Positions 60,744 through 64,000 of a stretch of DNA of 64,000 nucleotides are shown piece by piece. Source of the stretch: Candidatus Bathyarchaeia archaeon (GTDB lineage: Archaea; Thermoproteota; Bathyarchaeia; 40CM-2-53-6); contig JBEKVV010000001.1 in NCBI GenBank assembly GCA_049513715.1, positions 32,001 to 96,000 on the forward strand, written 5' to 3'. The notes beneath the pieces were generated by a model. That model worked only from the letters and a program-made list of their open reading frames with translations. It was not told the DNA's origin and made no database searches. Numbering within the stretch: the stretch's first letter is position 1; each line of letters begins with the position of its first letter. The translations under genes and the position numbers were made by a program.

Positions 60744-62159
60744 TCAGTAATTTTCGGAGGGGATTGCAGACATTCCAATCAGGTAGGCTCCGAACGTGAT
60801 GAACCAGATTGACTCGGGCAGCAGAATTATTCTCTCTGTGAAGCCTTTCCCTAAAGCGAAGAAGATAGATGCGATAGGAGAGACAAAGAAAGCAGCGTAT
60901 AGTATGACCATTCCGATTAGCATCATTAAACCGAGGATTAGGGACAAGTACCTGAACAGGCCTTTGACGAGCCTTATGGAAACGAGGAGGGAGGAGATTG
61001 CACCAAAGGCGAATGCCAGCAACGACAACACGAGATGCGCATCGTAGAACGTATTCTCATTGAACGCTGCAACGCCCAATAGGCCCACGCCCGTTAGGCC
61101 GAAGGTGATGAGTAGCTCTCTATGTCCTCTGCCAAAATCGGACAGGGCAAGACCAGCTATGATCACTAGTACTCCTGTGACGAGCACACTCGCAGTCCAT
61201 ACGATCGCGGATTGCGGTTGGACGCCTAAGTCGCTTACAAGATTCAGTTGCAAGTTGTAGTTCGGGTACAGGCCTTCCGCTATCGAAGTGAAGAAGATCG
61301 ATTGTATCCAAGCAACAAGAAAGAAGGCGCCCGCCAGCTTACGGTTTCTATTCTGGCTGTCAATCGTTCTTTTCTTTGAGATTCTATCCGACTCCAGAGT
61401 TGGGGCGGTTTCGGGATGAGTGGCTTGGTCATATTTGGAGTACGGCGAGAGCCTCCAGCTCACCGCAGCGGCTACCGCTTCACTTCCCGCAGGAGCGGTG
61501 CCCTTCCCAAAATAGGATTTCACCCTTCCCCTAGTCAAGTAGAAGATGAAGAATGCGTAGATTACAACCCCTACCAATCCGAACCCAATAATCAGGCCTG
61601 CAGCGGATACTATGAGGCCAAGGATTGAGGAAATGAGTGTCCAGGTCCAAGCCCAGCTACGGCCCTTCCAGAGTCCAAAGCCGAGCACGAATGAAATTAT
61701 CGCAAATATCAGAGGTATAATTGAGAGAAGCAAGAGCAAAGTCCCTGCCAATTGTAGACTGGGCAGGAGAGCCAGCGTAGGGAGGGTGACTGTTCCAAGA
61801 AAAAGGAACAAAGCTGATGTGCCAATGTCCACGGCTCCTCCGAGAAACATTAGAATCGAAAGTACCGCGACGCCAGTGGGCCTTTGGCTGCCCTGCTCTG
61901 GCGGCGTAAGCATTGGCTGTGGCATCACAGGTTCTGCAGGAGGTGCGAACGGCCGTTGTGGTTCTGGAAGTGGGACCTCACGAGATTCAGGAGTGGGATA
62001 AGAAGAGAGGGCAACAGGAGGGCGGATAACAGTTCGCGTCGGCTCAGGGCGCAGCGAGGGTTGTGGGTAAAATGGTTGAAGTGTTCGTCCACAGTTAAAG
62101 CAGAAATTCTGGTTGGCCGAGATCGGTTTTCCGCACCCGTCGCAAAAAGGCGTAATCAT
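60744..62159 (-). CDS. Zinc ribbon + Pro-rich linker + RPxGV membrane block + DUF998-like membrane domain
   Basis: CDGC..FCFNCG; RPTGVAVLSIL; YL.R..VKSYF; YPNY....N.VSDLG, H...S...F, G..ER. Confidence 0.8.
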   Translation of the reverse strand: MITPFCDGCGKPISANQNFCFNCGRTLQPFYPQPSLRPEPTRTVIRPPVALSSYPTPESREVPLPEPQRPFAPPAEPVMPQPMLTPPEQGSQRPTGVAVLSILMFLGGAVDIGTSALFLFLGTVTLPTLALLPSLQLAGTLLLLLSIIPLIFAIISFVLGFGLWKGRSWAWTWTLISSILGLIVSAAGLIIGFGLVGVVIYAFFIFYLTRGRVKSYFGKGTAPAGSEAVAAAVSWRLSPYSKYDQATHPETAPTLESDRISKKRTIDSQNRNRKLAGAFFLVAWIQSIFFTSIAEGLYPNYNLQLNLVSDLGVQPQSAIVWTASVLVTGVLVIIAGLALSDFGRGHRELLITFGLTGVGLLGVAAFNENTFYDAHLVLSLLAFAFGAISSLLVSIRLVKGLFRYLSLILGLMMLIGMVILYAAFFVSPIASIFFALGKGFTERIILLPESIWFITFGAYLIGMSAIPSENY

Positions 62160-62738
62160 CCCTTCCAGAACATCACCGCGGGGCCCAGAATAAAAACCAT
62201 GGCTCCATGCATTTAGGTTGTGATTTCTCTTGGTAGCGCGTGGGGGTAGAAACCGAGTAACTGGAGAAACCCAAAATGAAGTTCTAAGAAAACCGACAGA
62301 ACAAGACCTCCAATTGCACTTCCAAGTGCTCCAGTCGAATTGGGGTCTGAGAAAATCATGACCTGATTGGTTCACAGACTTTGTGTCCGCGATTAAGCAG
62401 TAGACTCGACCAGTTGAGTTTCGAACGGTACGATAACTTGGGGGTCAGTTCCTCGGAGGCCACGATCTTACGCGTTCGAGAGACGGTGAGATTCCGTGAA
62501 GTAAGGGTAGATAGAAATCATGCTAAACCCACGATGTAGTGGGTTCGTTCCGACCGGCTCCATCACACGCGCCGTTACCCTTGTGAAAGAATGCTGGCTA
62601 CGGGCAAATCGATAAGCAGCACGTTGTCCGAGGCTATTCTAGTTGGTTCGGTAACGATATTTAGTGAGTGCGGGGTAGATTGATTGATGCGAGGTGTGAG
62701 ACGCGACGGACTTGCCGAAGTGGCGGCCGTAGGGTCTC

Positions 62739-62810
62739 ACCCCCGTGCAAAAATATGCGGGGGTTGCCAAACCTGAGCCCAAAAATGGACGGGGGTAAAC
62801 CATTTATCAG
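62739..62810 (+). promoter_or_regulatory. Inverted plus direct CGGGGGT repeats and TATA-like box upstream of integrase
   Basis: ACCCCCG 62739-62745 / CGGGGGT 62758-62764; CAAAAAT-NNN-CGGGGGT at 62748 and 62780; TTTATCAG 62803-62810. Confidence 0.55.
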
Positions 62811-62833
62811 CCACTCGTCCTTCTGGTTGGTTC

Positions 62834-64000
62834 ATGGTTCATGAAGGGTGGATCAAGAAGCAGTGCGTCCAGTGGTGGCTGAACGAGAATCCCAGCGTTA
62901 AGAGGTGGCTGACCGAGGTGGTCACGAAGCCCAACACCCAGTACGATTACGGCTACAATCTGATGCGTTTCTGCGAGGGCGTGGGCGAGACGCCAGAGCA
63001 TCTGAGAGGCATTCGCCTAAGCAAGGACAGCGCTGTTCTTGCCGAATTCCGCAAAAAGCATGAGATACCAACGCAGGCCCGCGCCGACGAGGACGGGTCG
63101 TACGTAGTCCTAGACCTGCTGAAGAAGTTCGTCCGCAGCGGAAAGCTCGTTGACTTGTCTCCGCACAACCTCGGAGCGGAGATCAGTGTCGCCGCGTTGA
63201 GCAAGGCGAAACGGAGCGGCCTCCACAACGCTGTGAGGGCGTACTTCAAGTCCGAGATCGTCCGAGCGGCCCTTCCAGACGAGGCTTTCAAGATTGATGA
63301 GGGAAGCCGCGTCCGCCGGAGCAGGGACTTCAGCATGGAGGGCAGCGAGGGCATCGAGCAGGCGAAGAGGATTGTCCTCGCCACTAAGGAGCCCTACAGG
63401 ACGCTGTACTGGGCGGCATTGTACGGCTGCATGGGGAACGCCGAACTGTGCGCCCTGAACGAGGAGTGGCCGCAAATCCGCGAGCAACTGCAGAGCGGGA
63501 AAGACCCTGTTCGAGTTAGCTTCGAGTACCGCAAGGAGAACGAGCTTCCCTACTACACATTCGTTCCGGCACGAATCCTCCGGCCCTACATGCCGCACGG
63601 CGAGAACCCGTTCATCAACGCGAGCAGGAAGAAGGACGGCGTTGTGGTCGGGGGGAATCCGGTCAACGACGGGAACCTGATAAAGAAGTGGCGCGACGGG
63701 AGGACGCGGGCGAAGGTCGATCTGGCCGTTGGAGTCCACAACATCCGCGACCTGTGGCGGACGTACGCCGTCAAGGCGGGTCTCGAGTCCTCCACGGCAG
63801 AGTTCCTGATGGGCCACTCGCTCAATACGATTGACCCGAACCGCTACAACCAGATCTACCGTGACATCGCGTACACGAGGGGGCAGTGGGAGAAGATGAG
63901 GAAGCTCATCGACGGAGAAAGCCAAGAGTGGAGGAAGGATGTCGATGAGCTGAAGCAGAGGCTCGACAAGACCGAATACGAAAGAAAGGACGATCAGCGG
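62834..64000 (+). CDS. Tyrosine recombinase/integrase (runs off right edge)
   Basis: Not in the ORF track. Manual translation is open for 389 codons: N-terminal helical domain, EPYRTLY..ALYGCMGNAEL, YRK.N..PYYTF, HNIR, FLMGH, DPNRY; codon usage visibly more GC-rich than the rest of the window. Confidence 0.88.
   Translation, partial: MVHEGWIKKQCVQWWLNENPSVKRWLTEVVTKPNTQYDYGYNLMRFCEGVGETPEHLRGIRLSKDSAVLAEFRKKHEIPTQARADEDGSYVVLDLLKKFVRSGKLVDLSPHNLGAEISVAALSKAKRSGLHNAVRAYFKSEIVRAALPDEAFKIDEGSRVRRSRDFSMEGSEGIEQAKRIVLATKEPYRTLYWAALYGCMGNAELCALNEEWPQIREQLQSGKDPVRVSFEYRKENELPYYTFVPARILRPYMPHGENPFINASRKKDGVVVGGNPVNDGNLIKKWRDGRTRAKVDLAVGVHNIRDLWRTYAVKAGLESSTAEFLMGHSLNTIDPNRYNQIYRDIAYTRGQWEKMRKLIDGESQEWRKDVDELKQRLDKTEYERKDDQR

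Noticed and set aside
62500..62562. CTAAA as the anticodon loop of a tRNA-Pyl or amber suppressor
   Set aside because: No matching anticodon stem or D-arm; T-arm is defective
63110..63925. 271-aa minus-strand ORF (also 62953-63384)
   Set aside because: Antisense shadow of the GC-rich integrase frame

Overview
Chromosomal window from an archaeon, probably TACK and Bathyarchaeia-like. This assignment is inferred from an intron-containing tRNA with BHB motifs, TATA/BRE-type promoters, many TTG/GTG starts, a tungsten AOR, a CydAA'-type bd oxidase, many zinc-ribbon proteins and an eL22-like ORF. Main blocks in order: surface protein, hydrolase, hflX and acylphosphatase; tRNA-Glu(TTC) with two introns; an amide/peptide-scavenging cluster (P1 peptidase, amidase, Opp/Dpp ABC transporter, M20 peptidase); gene relics including a solo-Cas1-like fragment; CoA-transferase and acyl-CoA dehydrogenase; regulators; a decayed mobile-element scar (24.8-25.9 kb); thrB-thrC; a zinc-ribbon/coiled-coil paralog cluster (32.8-37.2 kb); a surface protein/DnaJ cluster; a nucleoside/nucleobase cluster (BMP-type ABC transporter, two unrelated deaminases, AOR, PRTase-like protein); cydAA'; and an atypical tyrosine integrase running off the right edge. 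The most striking observation is a perfect, in-frame 172-bp inverted repeat inside two otherwise diverged, divergently transcribed paralogs, which makes the 3.5 kb between them a candidate invertible domain-swapping cassette. All family assignments come from motif recognition by eye; no database searches were run.
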